A DNA stretch of 63,933 nt, filler included. It is 22 parts of 22 records of this genome, joined end to end, with 100 filler letters (N's around TTAATTAATTAA, not from the genome) between each part and the next. Parts side by side here need not be neighbours in the genome. Positions count along the whole stretch, not along the records: positions 12,876 to 15,164 come from SRR16133337_81096; positions 15,265 to 18,460 come from SRR16133337_81121; positions 18,561 to 20,816 come from SRR16133337_81143; positions 20,917 to 23,621 come from SRR16133337_81337; positions 23,722 to 25,951 come from SRR16133337_81448; positions 26,052 to 29,085 come from SRR16133337_81573; 16 more parts are not named here. One strand, written 5' to 3'. Positions 13,592-26,484 of the stretch are shown in pieces (positions within the stretch are counted from its first letter, which is position 1; every line of letters begins with the position of its first letter). The position numbers were made by a program, and so were the translations under genes. Below the pieces are notes generated by a model. It saw only the letters and a program-made list of their open reading frames with translations. It had not been told where the DNA came from and did not search any database.

Positions 13592-14037
13592 CTGTTGGAA
13601 TATATGTCGGCGCAATAGTTGGCTGAGGTGTAGGTACCTAAATAAGTTTAAAAGAACACAAAAATATTTTCAAAACTGCCCAATTTCATATTTATACTTT
13701 TTTTAACATTCAAATAAAACAATGTGTGGACACTAAATTGTATATTTTAAAAAACAAGTTTAGATCAAAGAAATGATACGGCTTCTCAGTTGTATAGTTT
13801 ATTAATTTTTTAAAAAAAAACAATAAAAATTGCGTGTGCCTTACAAATGGTGGAAAATATATTTGGTTGTGAATTCTTCAAATAAAGACGACAATGTAGT
13901 AGAGTGCTTTAATGGATATATTTGTAAAATATGTGTAAATCGAACACGAGTTGCGGCGTACTTACGGGTACCGGAGATTTTGTAGGCTGGTGTGTAATTG
14001 TTGGAGTTGGAACAGAACTTGGCCTTGTAGTTGGAGT
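13592..14037 (-). CDS. Pro/Thr-rich (mucin-like stalk) exons 14037-13966 and 13637-13592, partial gene
   Basis: In-phase AG/GT-bounded exons reading TPTTRPSSVPTPTITHQPTKSPVP and VPTPQPTIAPTYIPT. Confidence 0.55.
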
Positions 14038-17000
14038 CTACAAAACAGTAATACCACCCTGTCAGTTTGATTTTTGAATATTAGATTCTCAATTTCGGGG
14101 AAAACTTTTTTTAAAAAAAACAAATTGTCAAGGGAATTCATATGTTTTCAAGTATTTCTTCTACAAATATGAAATGTACTTCCATCATGACATGTTTTGT
14201 TAACAAGCATAAAAAGTATATCTTGAAATTTCTATCTTTGAAACAAACCATTCAAGTTTCCAGTTACTTTGTAAGGATACGAAAACACTGTCGTGCTGAA
14301 ATTGCTTATGGATCATTGTATCTCCAAAAAGATCTGTGTTCAGAAGTGCTTTTATCCAATGAGCCTATATCGTAATTATATAGTGTTAAAATTATTTTTG
14401 ATTTCATTTTCAGAAATCGACATTGTTTGTCTTGTAATTGGGAACAAATCTAAAATTGTTTACAGGTAAGTTATGCACGGAGAAGACACTCCAAATTCTA
14501 TTTGTGCACCTGCATATCGTGGAAATAACATAGCAACTATTTATTCAATCGAATATTCACATGCACGTGATCCAAGAGACTTGAAATATAAAAATCTAAA
14601 TATATCCGTTCGTGCTATGTAGGGAAAAAAGATAAAAGTTGTGAATGTGTATCCGTTTAGCACAATTTCGGAATGGAGTGGGGAACATATATAACCAAAA
14701 ATTTCGATTCTACTTGTAATATTCCCAAACTTTTATATAATTTCTTTTGTTTGTCGTTTCGACCCAAAAATGTTTTGGTGAAGATTAAGGTGCAATTTAA
14801 TAACTTAGCCATGTGACAATCTGTAATTTGGGGTAAAACGCACACATTTGAATTTCGAAAGTTTAAACTCTTGGAAGTGTAGAAATGGCGAAAATGAGCA
14901 ATGAAATAATGTACAAAATATTTTAATTCTTCATAACAGCTGTTGGCGTGTACACATAAAGCCATTCACATGACAATGTACTTGTCACTATAAGCAACAC
15001 ATATGCAGTCTTCGCGGATTCAAATGTTTAAAATTTGTCTCAAACCAGAAAAAATTCAAATTGAAAAAACGTTCGGCATACTCACTCATTTTTCATAAAT
15101 GTTTATTTTTGAAACACGTTATTTATACTTAGAGGTTTGAAAAAATTTTGTTTTCAAATTCGACNNNNNNNNNNNNNNNNNNNNNNNNNNNNNNNNNNNN
15201 NNNNNNNNTTAATTAATTAANNNNNNNNNNNNNNNNNNNNNNNNNNNNNNNNNNNNNNNNNNNNAAGCAATATTTTACGTGTCCTGGAGAGACCACAAAT
15301 ATCTGATACCAAATGTTTATTGAACAACTTCAAATCCCATATCTTGACATGACGCCTTCACATGTTTAAATTCCGGATCATTGAACTTGCCAAAATGTAC
15401 AGCACAAATCTTCAAGAATCCATCAGTGCAAGTTTGTACATGATTTGCCAACGCATTTCCCATCAAGCAAGTTTTGTTTTGTATCAAAGTGTCTGTCTCC
15501 CACACCTTGAAACCCCATTTCTTTTCGCCAATATGAACAAAAACGCCTCTTTGCTCGTCGTTTTGAGAGAAAGGATCAATCTAATACAATTCAAGAAATT
15601 CACAACAAATCACGATACCAGCATATGTAAATTTTACTCGGTGTTTTTAGAATAAACGTGAATGTATTTTTCTTGGTAGGTGGGTTAGGTTATGTGTTTG
15701 GTTTTGAAAAAATCAACAAATCGTGTGAAAAACATGACTGAAAGCTCAAAATATGAACAAAATGAGTTTTTTGGACATTCAACTTTTTCCTTACTGCCCG
15801 AAAACAATTCTGCAAATATCATGCGAGACAGGGCTGTTGAAATCGCATTCTCACAAAAAAGGGAAAGAGTAGACTTCACAGTTATCGCTCACAGAAAAAC
15901 AACACAAAAGTTCCACAACTTTGTGTGAACAATGTCTTTTTCAGTTTGCAATCAAAAATTCATTTTTAAAGTTAAAAATTATTTTATTGTTGTGTGACTG
16001 ACATGCAAAATTGTTTTGTGTGTTACCCATACAACCCAAAATAGTGACTGAAAACGAAAGTGCTTTTTGTGGCTATTCCATGATTTAGGTGACATTAATT
16101 TGCATTTTTTTAAGAATCAAGTTTTGTTGGGAAATGACTTTCCGTGACCCCCATTTTTTATGTCATGAATGGATGCCTTATGAAAAAGTAACAACTTTCC
16201 CGCAGTTCATTTTTTTCAAATGTTAAATTTCACTGTTCTATGGGCATCACGTTTTTCATCTAGATTGCTCAATATTTGTGAAATCGATCATATTGAGTGG
16301 TCTCTGAAGGACAGAAAGTTGTCAGTGAGCGAGTTAGGTCGTTGGCAAGTGGAAAATGAAACAAGTGAAACATTTCTTTTTGCAAAAAATACATGGTTTC
16401 ATTATTTCAGTGTGATTTCAGTGATAATTTTTGAAAATGCAGAGCGTGAAGTGTTTGGTGGACGAATTGTGTCGGAAAGAGGGTGAGTGTTTCTTTCTCC
16501 TCCTTCCGGAGCCCATGCACGTATTACTTTTTAAAAATAGAGCGTTTCCGACATTTTTTGAGCAAGGTATTTTTTGCACCTTTCAAAACATTCATTCAAA
16601 ACACCCACAAAATTTTACTTTTTTTGAGTCCGCACAATTGCTTAAGGTCAGTTTTCATTTTTCAACTCGTGTTTTTTAAAATTGCTTGTTTTTCCAAAAG
16701 AAAGTCGTTTTTAGAAAGGAGTGAACATACTCATCACCCAGCTACGTCGATTTAATTTTATTATTAAATATTTTCACATTTTGACTAATTTCGCCCCAAA
16801 AACAGTGAAAAATGATCTCCGAGAAACTAAAAAAATCACGCGCAGTGTTATCATTTTGGATGTCTTTCTATGTGGTGAGGATTTTTTTGAAAATCAGATT
16901 TCGTCCATTTCCCACTTTTTGGTGAAAAACTTGATTCTTAAAAAAAATGAAAATTAATAGGATTGCAACACAGTAGACTCACCGCAAATACACCACTCAC

Positions 17001-17197
17001 ACTCATAAAGTCAGTGGATTGTGCAATTCCCCCTAAAAAGCATACAAACGCATTATCAGTGTGCATGCGTTTTCCCATACAAAATCCACACATTGTGTGT
17101 AGTGGGTGAGTTTACTGTGTTGAGATGATATTCATATCACCAAAATCCTCAGCCCCCACAACCCATGGTGAGTCCCTATGTACACTCAAAAAATCAC

Positions 17198-18385
17198 TCA
17201 TCCACACTTCAATCCCATTGCCTTTTTCATGATGATACATACGTCAATTTCAAAATCGGAGTCCATGAGATCGTAGTAAACACTTTGTGTGATGTAAGAA
17301 TGAACAAGATTTCCCGAATCAGACAGAAATGTCAAAATCACAGTATTGTCACTTGATTGTCGGGTTGAAAGAGGAAATTGAAATACTTTGACTTCCATTT
17401 GGATTCTCGTGAAACCGTAGTATGAACATTTGAAGAGATGCCATTCTGCATCATTGACTGCTCGAACTTGGTTCCCATACTTCGGTGGATCATGAAGGTT
17501 GACGAGCATGACCGCATCAAGATCTTGCTGCCTCCAAATTTGCTTCATATTTTGTGGCGGCACAGTCAACCTCATGACCAGGTCAGCCGAACAAACGCGA
17601 TCAAAACATGTCGCACGGTCAGTACAGACATGTGACAAATCCCCATCATGAATCACAACAATTGAGTTTTCTACCAAACACACGATGTTATTACATCACT
17701 GAAACAGCAAGTTCTTGATCTTGCAAAAACACTGTCTTCAGTGCAAGTAGCGAAAGTTGGTCAGGTATGCAACGTTGCATTTCGCACTTTTATTGTGCCG
17801 TAGAGAATTAAATCCCTTTTCACTTTTTGGACTCGTTTGCGTCAATGGTTTGAAGGATGTTCACAAAAATTTGACAAAAGTCGTGTCACAGAGTCAGCAA
17901 CAAAAGATGCAAAAAAATTTTGACACCACCAACGAAATCACTGTCGCAGTGAATGGCATGCCATCGTTTTCGTTTTGAAATTGGCGTTAGGGTTTAATTC
18001 TCTGCAGGACAGTCGTGCAAGGTGACGTTGCAAGGGAATAAAGAGCATTGATGTGATTTCTAAAATGATCCGCAAATTATTCAAAAACAAAGCCAAAAAG
18101 CTGTGACCACACAATAAAAATTCACACGTTCACCCTTTGCCCGAGGCACGAGAAAAATTTTGATTGCACAGTGGTGTATTGGGAAGGATTCATGGCGAGG
18201 AACCTTCTGACGCGGCTTGACACATTTCGAACACCAAACACACCTCCAAACATGTCCCTCAATGTTGCCTCGTATTGCTGAAAAAACAGTTCATTTTTGA
18301 GGTATTCAGCTCGGCGCAGTTGCCGTATCTCCTCTTCCTTTGGGTGGGCAAGGCATGACCAAATAAGAATAAAAAGAAGAAACAT
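17198..18385 (-). CDS. Hypothetical secreted eukaryotic protein (multi-exon, structure unresolved)
   Basis: Signal-peptide-like MFLLFILIWSCLA at the start of one open frame, plus a 161-aa open frame downstream on the same strand. No family recognised. Confidence 0.35.
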
Positions 18386-18630
18386 CGGAAAATTTGTGGC
18401 TTCGTGGAGCATCAGGAAAAAAGTAAAAAACATAAAAAAAACCCTTATCCTATTACAGGANNNNNNNNNNNNNNNNNNNNNNNNNNNNNNNNNNNNNNNN
18501 NNNNTTAATTAATTAANNNNNNNNNNNNNNNNNNNNNNNNNNNNNNNNNNNNNNNNNNNNGCAAAACACCTGAATACCCAAACGAAAAGTCTCATTTTTG
18601 AGAAAATACATTTTGTTTGAATTTGTTTAG

Positions 18631-20717
18631 TTGTCTCTGGATGTTTGGAAAAATGTTGAAGCTTTCCTGTACGATTTGGATGGCAGACGGGGTCCAAATG
18701 ATGCCCCGACTACTCTACAATCTGGATATTTGTCTCCATTAAAAACATTTTTTGAAATTGTTTTTGATCAAAAAAAAGTCCCTGCAAAAAATGCTGAAAA
18801 GTTTGTCAGATCAAAAACTGGTATTTGGACACCGAAAAAAGCAGAAGGTTTTGAAGAGGAGCATATAGAAAATTTTTTGACTTATGCTCCGAATGAGGGT
18901 CACTTTGAACAAATGAACATATACGCCGTTGCTTCACTTATAACAGCCACACGTGGGACCGAGCAAACAAATTTTTTAAGGACTGATTGGGAAAAGGGTT
19001 TTTATAAGGGTCAGAGATATGTCGGGTATAATTTCGACCCCGCTGGGCCTGGAAACAAAACTCATGGTCGAGGATTCCGGTAAATATGAAAGAATTTTTC
19101 TACCACAAATAAAAATATATTTTGTTCCTGAGAATCTTGATCTGTTGAAAGTTTCTGCCAAAAATTGTGTTTCAATGAGTGAATGTTAATTTAATGAACC
19201 ACAAATTAAACAAAGATTTTGTTATGGGTTTTGTTTTAGAGCGGTCCCGGATAAGACGTATGGATCATTTAATACTGTGACAAGTTTTTCAGATTATTTG
19301 GAGAAAATTCGCGATTTGAAAACAGATCGTCTTTTCATGACGTATCGCGCAGAACTAGGCAGATATATAAACACACCAGTTGGGCCCAATACGTTATGGA
19401 AATGGCCGTCTGAAATCGCATCCTACCTTAATCTCCCAAATCCCAAGAGATATACTCCTCACTCGTTCCGCCGTACTTCCACAACATTTTTAGCTGAGGC
19501 AGGAGTATCTGTGTTGAATATAGTAAACCACGGCCGATGGAAAAATGTAAAAACAGCACAAGAATATGTTGCGAACTCTAAGAGTCATCAATTGAGGATG
19601 GGCGCAATTGCGCTGCCAGGTATGTTACATTTGTAAACATTAACTCTCGAGGGAGGTGGATGTAGGGTGTGGAGTAAGTGGATGGTCGACAATTCCGTTT
19701 TTGCGTTCAAAAAAACAAAAACAAAAAACATTGGAGAAACTTTGAAACATGATTTTTGAACAAATTTTAAGTTTGAAAAGTATTGTTTGTAAAAACAAAG
19801 AAAAACAATATACACATTTACGGAAACTCGAAAGTTTTTTTGTTTTACAATTTTTGATATTTTTGTGTCTGTGTTATAGGAGGCGTTTTACAGGCACCAA
19901 ATGGACCACCTGCCGTGTTTGTTGCAAATGTTCTTGATGAAAATTCTACAGATTCTGCTTCAGGTCGAAATTCTTCACCAAATGGTAATAATTGCATTTT
20001 ATAATTAGCAAGATCAGTCATTATTTGTTCTGCAATTTTATCAGGTGCTTTGTGCATGTTTTTTTAAAATGTGTCGTGAAGTGCTGATATTTTCTTGGCA
20101 GTGAAATATTTATTCGATGTGTATTTTTTAATTTTAGAATTGGATCTGATAAAAGAGAAAATTTTAGGTTTGAAATGTGACGAATGCAATGTTATGGAAT
20201 TTTTTTTAATAACATTTAATATTACGTTTTTTAGGTGAAATCGTTGAAGCAATTCCTGTCATGCAAATCGAAAATAATAATATCAAGAAAAGATTATCAA
20301 GTTCGAGCAGTCAATCTCTTGTCCGACCTCTCAAAAAATCTCGTGGTGCATTTCAGGCACCCCGCTTTATGAAGGATATCGCTGCAGCAGAACCAGGTAC
20401 GGTGTTAAGCACATAAAAAAGCCATCACAAGGAATTTCGGTTAAAAAATTGTGTATATTTTTTTAATGCTCTTTTCCATCTCAAATGTAAAGATTTTTTG
20501 GAATGTATATTTTTTAGGTGGAGTGCATCATACACCAAATGCTTCAGTTCAAGCAAAACAAGGAAAGGAACGTCCAATGCGTGTTTCAGTGAACATTGTG
20601 AAAGATAACGGATTAAGTCGTGTGAAAATCACAGAGAAGATGAATTTTGGGGAGTTTTGTGAAGAAAACGATCTTGATTTTTCTGATTTTGTAAATTGTA
20701 GTTTGGTATTTCAATAA
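18631..20717 (+). mobile_element. Crypton-like tyrosine recombinase gene with introns; exons 18631-19079, 19240-19619, 19880-19984, 20235-20396, 20518-20717 (5' part missing)
   Basis: All four GT-AG introns splice in phase. Catalytic motifs: ATRGTEQ (R), NKT (K), YTPHSFRRTSTT (HxxR), HGRW, AQEY (Y). C-terminal FVNCSLVFQ. No RT in the contig. Confidence 0.85.
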
Positions 20718-21030
20718 ATCTTCTTTGTAATGAAAAATGTATCAAATTACTTTAATCTTTATTTTCCTTGCAGCTTGTAAAAAGTAATGAATAGACGTGT
20801 TGCTCAAATATTTGTTNNNNNNNNNNNNNNNNNNNNNNNNNNNNNNNNNNNNNNNNNNNNTTAATTAATTAANNNNNNNNNNNNNNNNNNNNNNNNNNNN
20901 NNNNNNNNNNNNNNNNGTATTGTACTACACACGTTTTTTTCCCTAAAAAAATGACTATTTGGTTAGAGAAATATAGGTCAAGGGTTCCTTTACTTAGGAG
21001 AGTACCGGTATGCTCTTGATGTATACGTAC

Positions 21031-22860
21031 CAACAGTAGAAACAACCGCCATTACCAAATAGACATAATGAATGTACTCAAAATCGTTCTTTTGTGGATA
21101 AGGAGTGTCATTCGCAAAATTTACCCAAAATTCCTTCAACTGAGCTTTTATAAATTGCTTCTCCTCGTCGGTGTAAGTGCTAAAAACAAATAAGCTCACT
21201 AAAGAAGGTTTTACGGCACATGACGCTGTATCAAAAAATAAAATCCCCCAGCATATGTGATGTTCGAAAGAAAAGAATGTATCTCGCCAAAAAACCCTTC
21301 CGTACGATTTTAAATGCATGTTGTGGAAAAATAAAATGTTTACAAGCACATAAAATTGTATTCAAAAATGATGTGGCTGATCAAAACCGAAATTTTTGAA
21401 GTGTATAGTTTCATGTTGGAAAATAATTCACATATATGTAACAAACGAGATACGTTTGTTTGTGAAATCGCCGTATATCTCCCATCCTCTCCACGCAACG
21501 GCGCCCACACATTCCCCTTTCAAACAACAATAACACACAAAATGTACCATGGCATATTATTTGTATGCTCAAAATACATTACTCTAGCTCTATAATCAAC
21601 GATACAAAATAAACTTGAATTTTCTTTTAGCATAAAACTGACGTAATAATATTTCGTCGGTTTGTGAGGAACATCTTCGGGCTTTGTTCCTTTTTTAAAA
21701 CACACCACATCGCGAACAAATTTCCTTCAATTTTTCCTTGTATAAAATCAACCGGCAAAGTGTAATTGCTACAATTTTAAAATCGATTCAGCAGTACGTG
21801 ATGTTGTGATACGTTCGACTATTTTCTATTTTTGGGGGATTTGTTTGAAAGCCAAATGCAACATTTCAACACGTGGGACTTGGTTCAGTAATATACAGCA
21901 CTTTCCAATTCCGTCTACTCACACTTGGATCATAAAATTTAAAGTGGGTCTTACTCAACATAATCGATTTAGTGACATTGCTTTGTGTGTTTTGACAAAA
22001 AGGGGTGTTGCACATGTCATCAACTAAACTTTCACTCGTGTGGTGGCTTTCCAATGTTTTTCTCTTTCAAAGGAGAGGTGTCGTTTGAAAATCCATACAC
22101 TATTTTATGTTTTGGAAACTTTCGATTTTTTTATGGATATTACTTGAGTTGGCGTATAAAACTGTGTGTAGGAGTTGGAGAGCGCGGTGTGAATTTATAT
22201 AGGGTGAGTGACGAGAAAGCAGTCAATGGTTCTTTGCTTTCAATTATCATCTTTGGAATCAATACAAAGGAAATTCAATCCAACTTTAAATAAATATCGT
22301 AAGCATGCAGACGTACGAAAAAATAATTATACTCGGGCGTTCTAATTAAATATGTTCTCCAAAGTTGCAGGTGTCACATTTTTACACAATAAGTATATTT
22401 TCTATCCTGCAAACACACTATTTAAATATCCTGAAGAAATAGCTGTGAAATATTGCATCAATAAATGTGGACATGTGATCCATGATTTTATGATAGTAAG
22501 AATACGTTATTTGTATAAATCTTTTGTTTCCATTAATAAGTATGCTTCTTCACACAAAAAAGGCATAAAAGTGTGCCGTTAAAAATCTTCGCCTTCGATT
22601 TCAAAAGAATCGAAATTCATTGTGTTGCAAACGTTTTGTGTTGCAAAAAAAGAAATGATTTTGTTTTTTCCTCCGTACCTGCCATGATATTTTCGCTCGA
22701 AATATTCTTCAAATTCCACATTTGCATTATTCGTGTCTTCGCGCAACCTGTCTGTCCCGTAGCTGCTTTTTTCAACAGTCATTATAAGAATGCCTCCAAG
22801 AAATATTAAGAATACAAGAAGAAATACCAAAATTACGACGCGCTTCCTCAATTCGCTTCG
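21031..22860 (-). CDS. Potassium channel, probably two-pore (K2P) type; exons 22860-22679 and 21179-21031, partial
   Basis: A phase-2 join gives a TM helix (VVILVFLLVFLIFLGGILIMTVE), a long cap-like loop, and a pore helix FEYIHYVYLVMAVVSTVG that ends at a splice donor just before the expected YG. Confidence 0.65.
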
Positions 22861-23213
22861 CTGAGTGGAACAAAAAAAAACAAAACACAAACAAAATTGA
22901 TAGCAAATACGATGTACGGGGATATTATGAGGCCAACAATATTCTTTAAGTTTGCGTTTCTCATATTATACCATCAATGAAAGATTCCAAATGTAATATT
23001 ATCGCGACAAGAATTGCTTTTTTACAAACAAAATAGGTGACGGAATCAATATAAAAGAAATAAATGACCAAAAATATGTTAGTTACTGGATGGCTCTTGT
23101 TTCCTCAAAATTGTATTCTTGTTGTTAATGTCAAAACTATGTCACATTACTGTTTTTTTACATTTCCGTCATAAAATGGATGCCTTCTCAGCAAGTGTTT
23201 TTTAAAAAACGTC

Positions 23214-23596
23214 GAAACTCCAGTAACGAAACGTGAAAGGGGTTGATGTTGTCCATAAATACTCTGTTGCGGGCAACAAATAAAACGTCGAAAAAATTGT
23301 ATACATTCCGTTTCACTAATGCAGGGTGCTGTCGTAGGGTACAAAAATCTAGATATTTTCCCCTGCAGTTCAAAAAAGTTTCACATACAAAACAATGTTG
23401 AATTTTACAAAGAGCTCAGATGGAAGAGGGACACAATTTTGAGTGATTTGGTATGGAGTACTTGTTGTGAAAAATATAGATGATTGAAATAAAACAAAGA
23501 ATACAAAGAACTTTCGGGAACCAATGAAACTCCAGTAAAGAAACGTGAAAGGGGTTGATGTTGTCCAGAAATACTCTGTTGTGGAAACAAATAAAA
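23214..23596. repeat. About 70-bp direct repeat (23214-23285 and 23526-23596)
   Basis: GAAACTCCAGTAA(C/A)GAAACGTGAAAGGGGTTGATGTTGTCCA(T/G)AAATACTCTGTTG...ACAAATAAAA occurs twice. Confidence 0.9.
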
Positions 23597-25929
23597 AATT
23601 ATTTTTTGGGATTCAGGTAATNNNNNNNNNNNNNNNNNNNNNNNNNNNNNNNNNNNNNNNNNNNNTTAATTAATTAANNNNNNNNNNNNNNNNNNNNNNN
23701 NNNNNNNNNNNNNNNNNNNNNAAAATACCTGAATCCCCAAATAACATTTTCGATAATATAGATATTCAAAACTTATCACATGCAACAAACGAAAAAGTGT
23801 TGCTTGATACAATATCTTATTTCTCTCACCTTTAAGGTTAGTTTTTGAAGGTAACCAAACGAGCTTTATCGTGTGAAGAATTTCTTTCTCGCTTGTACAG
23901 ACATCTATGAGATAGAGTGCGACCATGCGAGATATAGGGCACTCCTAACAAAACAAGACATAACGACGAGACAAATATTTCTGTCAACACAAAAAATGTC
24001 TTTTAGATTTCCAAGGGTAGAATTTTAGAATTTAGTTGCTTTACAAATAACTTTTTTGTCCAACGCCTAAGAACAAATTGATGTTTTTAAAATATAGACC
24101 GTCTACACGCGTTCATCTTTCACAAATATTGCATTTTTGAACGTAATGTCCACGCTTAAATTGTAGAAACTATCATTTTTTCAAATTCGACCTCTTCATC
24201 GCAGGTTGTAGAAAATGGAGTTGACAAAAACAATTGTTTTTGATCAATATTGGATTTTTAAGTCATTTTTCATAAAACTATTTCAAAAATGGGCGCTTCT
24301 CGGACTTGGCCCTTCTAAACATCCGCGATCCGATGTGGAAATCCAATTCGCAAAACGACAAATATTGCGTTTCAAAATATGACATGTATGAAAATTGTAT
24401 AAGAATACTGAACGATATTTAAATCGTCTTCTTTCCTAAATGTGGGACAAATTTCAAAAAATTTCAACAACAAAAAAACATTTCGCATCTTCTTTAAACA
24501 ATTAAAAGCGGTACACTACGCATCCAATTAAACATTTGAATCAATTCATAAAGCATAATATACAGTATATTAGTGCTTTCATTTTCATATTTTTGGTTGA
24601 ATTACCTATCGGATACTCCCTCTGGCAAATAGAACTCAATTTTCATTCGAAAGTACAAATTTTTCTCGAAAAAGTAAATTTCCCTTTCCCATATTTTAAT
24701 TGATGCCCACAAAAACAAAGGGATATTATTTTTTTCGATCCCAAATAAATATAACAGAGTTTTAGAATGGCCGCACCTTTTCAATTGATGTCAGAGATAG
24801 GATTTCTTGATTTTTTGCCTTGATATGAGACCCAGTGAATAACGATACAACCTGCGCACGAAATAAACGGAATGCTACATCGTTCCAATTTGAAACTGGT
24901 TCATTATCAAGTTCTTCTTTTGATGGCTACAATAGAACAATATTTAAAAATACACACAAAAAATTGAAATAAATTCAGAATGTATTAAGTTTTAAATACC
25001 CAAACAAATACACGCACACGCACACACAAACATACACACACACACGTCCGTCCATACACGTGGACCACACACAAAGCACGCTAGGACATTTTTTTGTTGG
25101 TGGGGTGAAAGAGATAAAATTCAAAATTGAATGACGTTTTTTTTAAAAAAAAAAAACTTATTGCCTCTTGGCACTTCATTTTACTTTTTGCAAACTGATC
25201 ATTTTCCTGAGAAAAACAATATTTCACCGAAAGGACAACACGAAGATCAGAAACATCAAAATAGAACTGTTTTTGTGCCTTCTGCCTTCAGTGCATCCAC
25301 ACAAATACAACATATGAATGTAGAATTTTTCACCATTATTGCCGCACTTTCAATTCCCGTACATATACAAAACAGTTGCAGTCCGAAAGAAGTTTTGAGA
25401 TCTCGTTAAACAAACTAAAAAATGTTTCGCCCTCAAAGAAATCAAGTTGAAAATCTGAGAAAAAAAATTAAAAAGTCATTTTTGTAAAACAAATAATGAT
25501 TTTGACAGAAAAGTTAAAGTTTTAAAACCCAACCGATTCTATTTCGTAAATAAAAAAGAATATATTTACTAGTGTGTGTTTGAATTATCGACTATCTTTT
25601 CACCTATGGAGAACAGATTCCACACACCCCACGCCACATTTCATCCACTACCACTCACACCCTTTTTAAAAAAACTTACATCAGTTGGAAGTGTTTTCTG
25701 GAGAATGCCTGTGCTGAGCGGAAGTCCTGAAATATCGAGTATGTACCGACATATGCGCGCAAGTGAATACGCATGATTCAATAGGGACGTACTTAAACAA
25801 AAGTCGAGTGATTTGCTGAAAAGATGAGATGTTTTTCTATGGAGCAAATCTAAAAATATAAAAAACATGTTTGCGTTGTGGTAAAACGCTATGTTTGATT
25901 TTTCTACATGAAATTGTTTTGGTGTAGGG

Positions 25930-26074
25930 TGTGTGTGTGTATGTGTGTGTGNNNNNNNNNNNNNNNNNNNNNNNNNNNNNNNNNNNNNNNNNNNNTTAAT
26001 TAATTAANNNNNNNNNNNNNNNNNNNNNNNNNNNNNNNNNNNNNNNNNNNNCACACACACACACACACACACAC
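25930..26074. repeat. (GT)n and (CA)n microsatellites at contig ends
   Basis: GT repeat ends contig 10 (to 25951); CA repeat starts contig 11 (from 26052). Confidence 0.85.
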
Positions 26075-26484
26075 CTCCATTTTTGTTTGTTTCTGGAGCA
26101 AGAACATTTAAATATACGCCGGTGTGTAAGTTTCGTGAAATGTTTACATATTTTTGCCATGTGTTTCAGCAATAACTAATAGGGAACTTGCGAACGCGAT
26201 CGGAGACGGGTTACATTTTTGTGTGTTGCTCCGCATTTTAACTATATTTCAAGTGTACAACTAGGAATGCTTTTTCACAATCTTGCGAAACCATCAATAC
26301 CGTTTTTGTACAGTTTTGGTTGCGCTTTAACAAGTGCTGGGTTTTTTATGGCAAAAAATATTGAAAATTGGGGTGGTGGGGTTGGTTTTTATTGATTTTC
26401 GAAGTCGTCGCCGTTAATGAAATCACTTAAATAGCTTGGTGTCTTTAAAATCTATCACATTCATTCCTTCTTTGTTTGTTTTAG

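Noticed and set aside
18631-19636. Two recombinase ORFs as a broken phage integrase pseudogene
   Set aside because: They join in frame through a canonical GT-AG intron (19080-19239).
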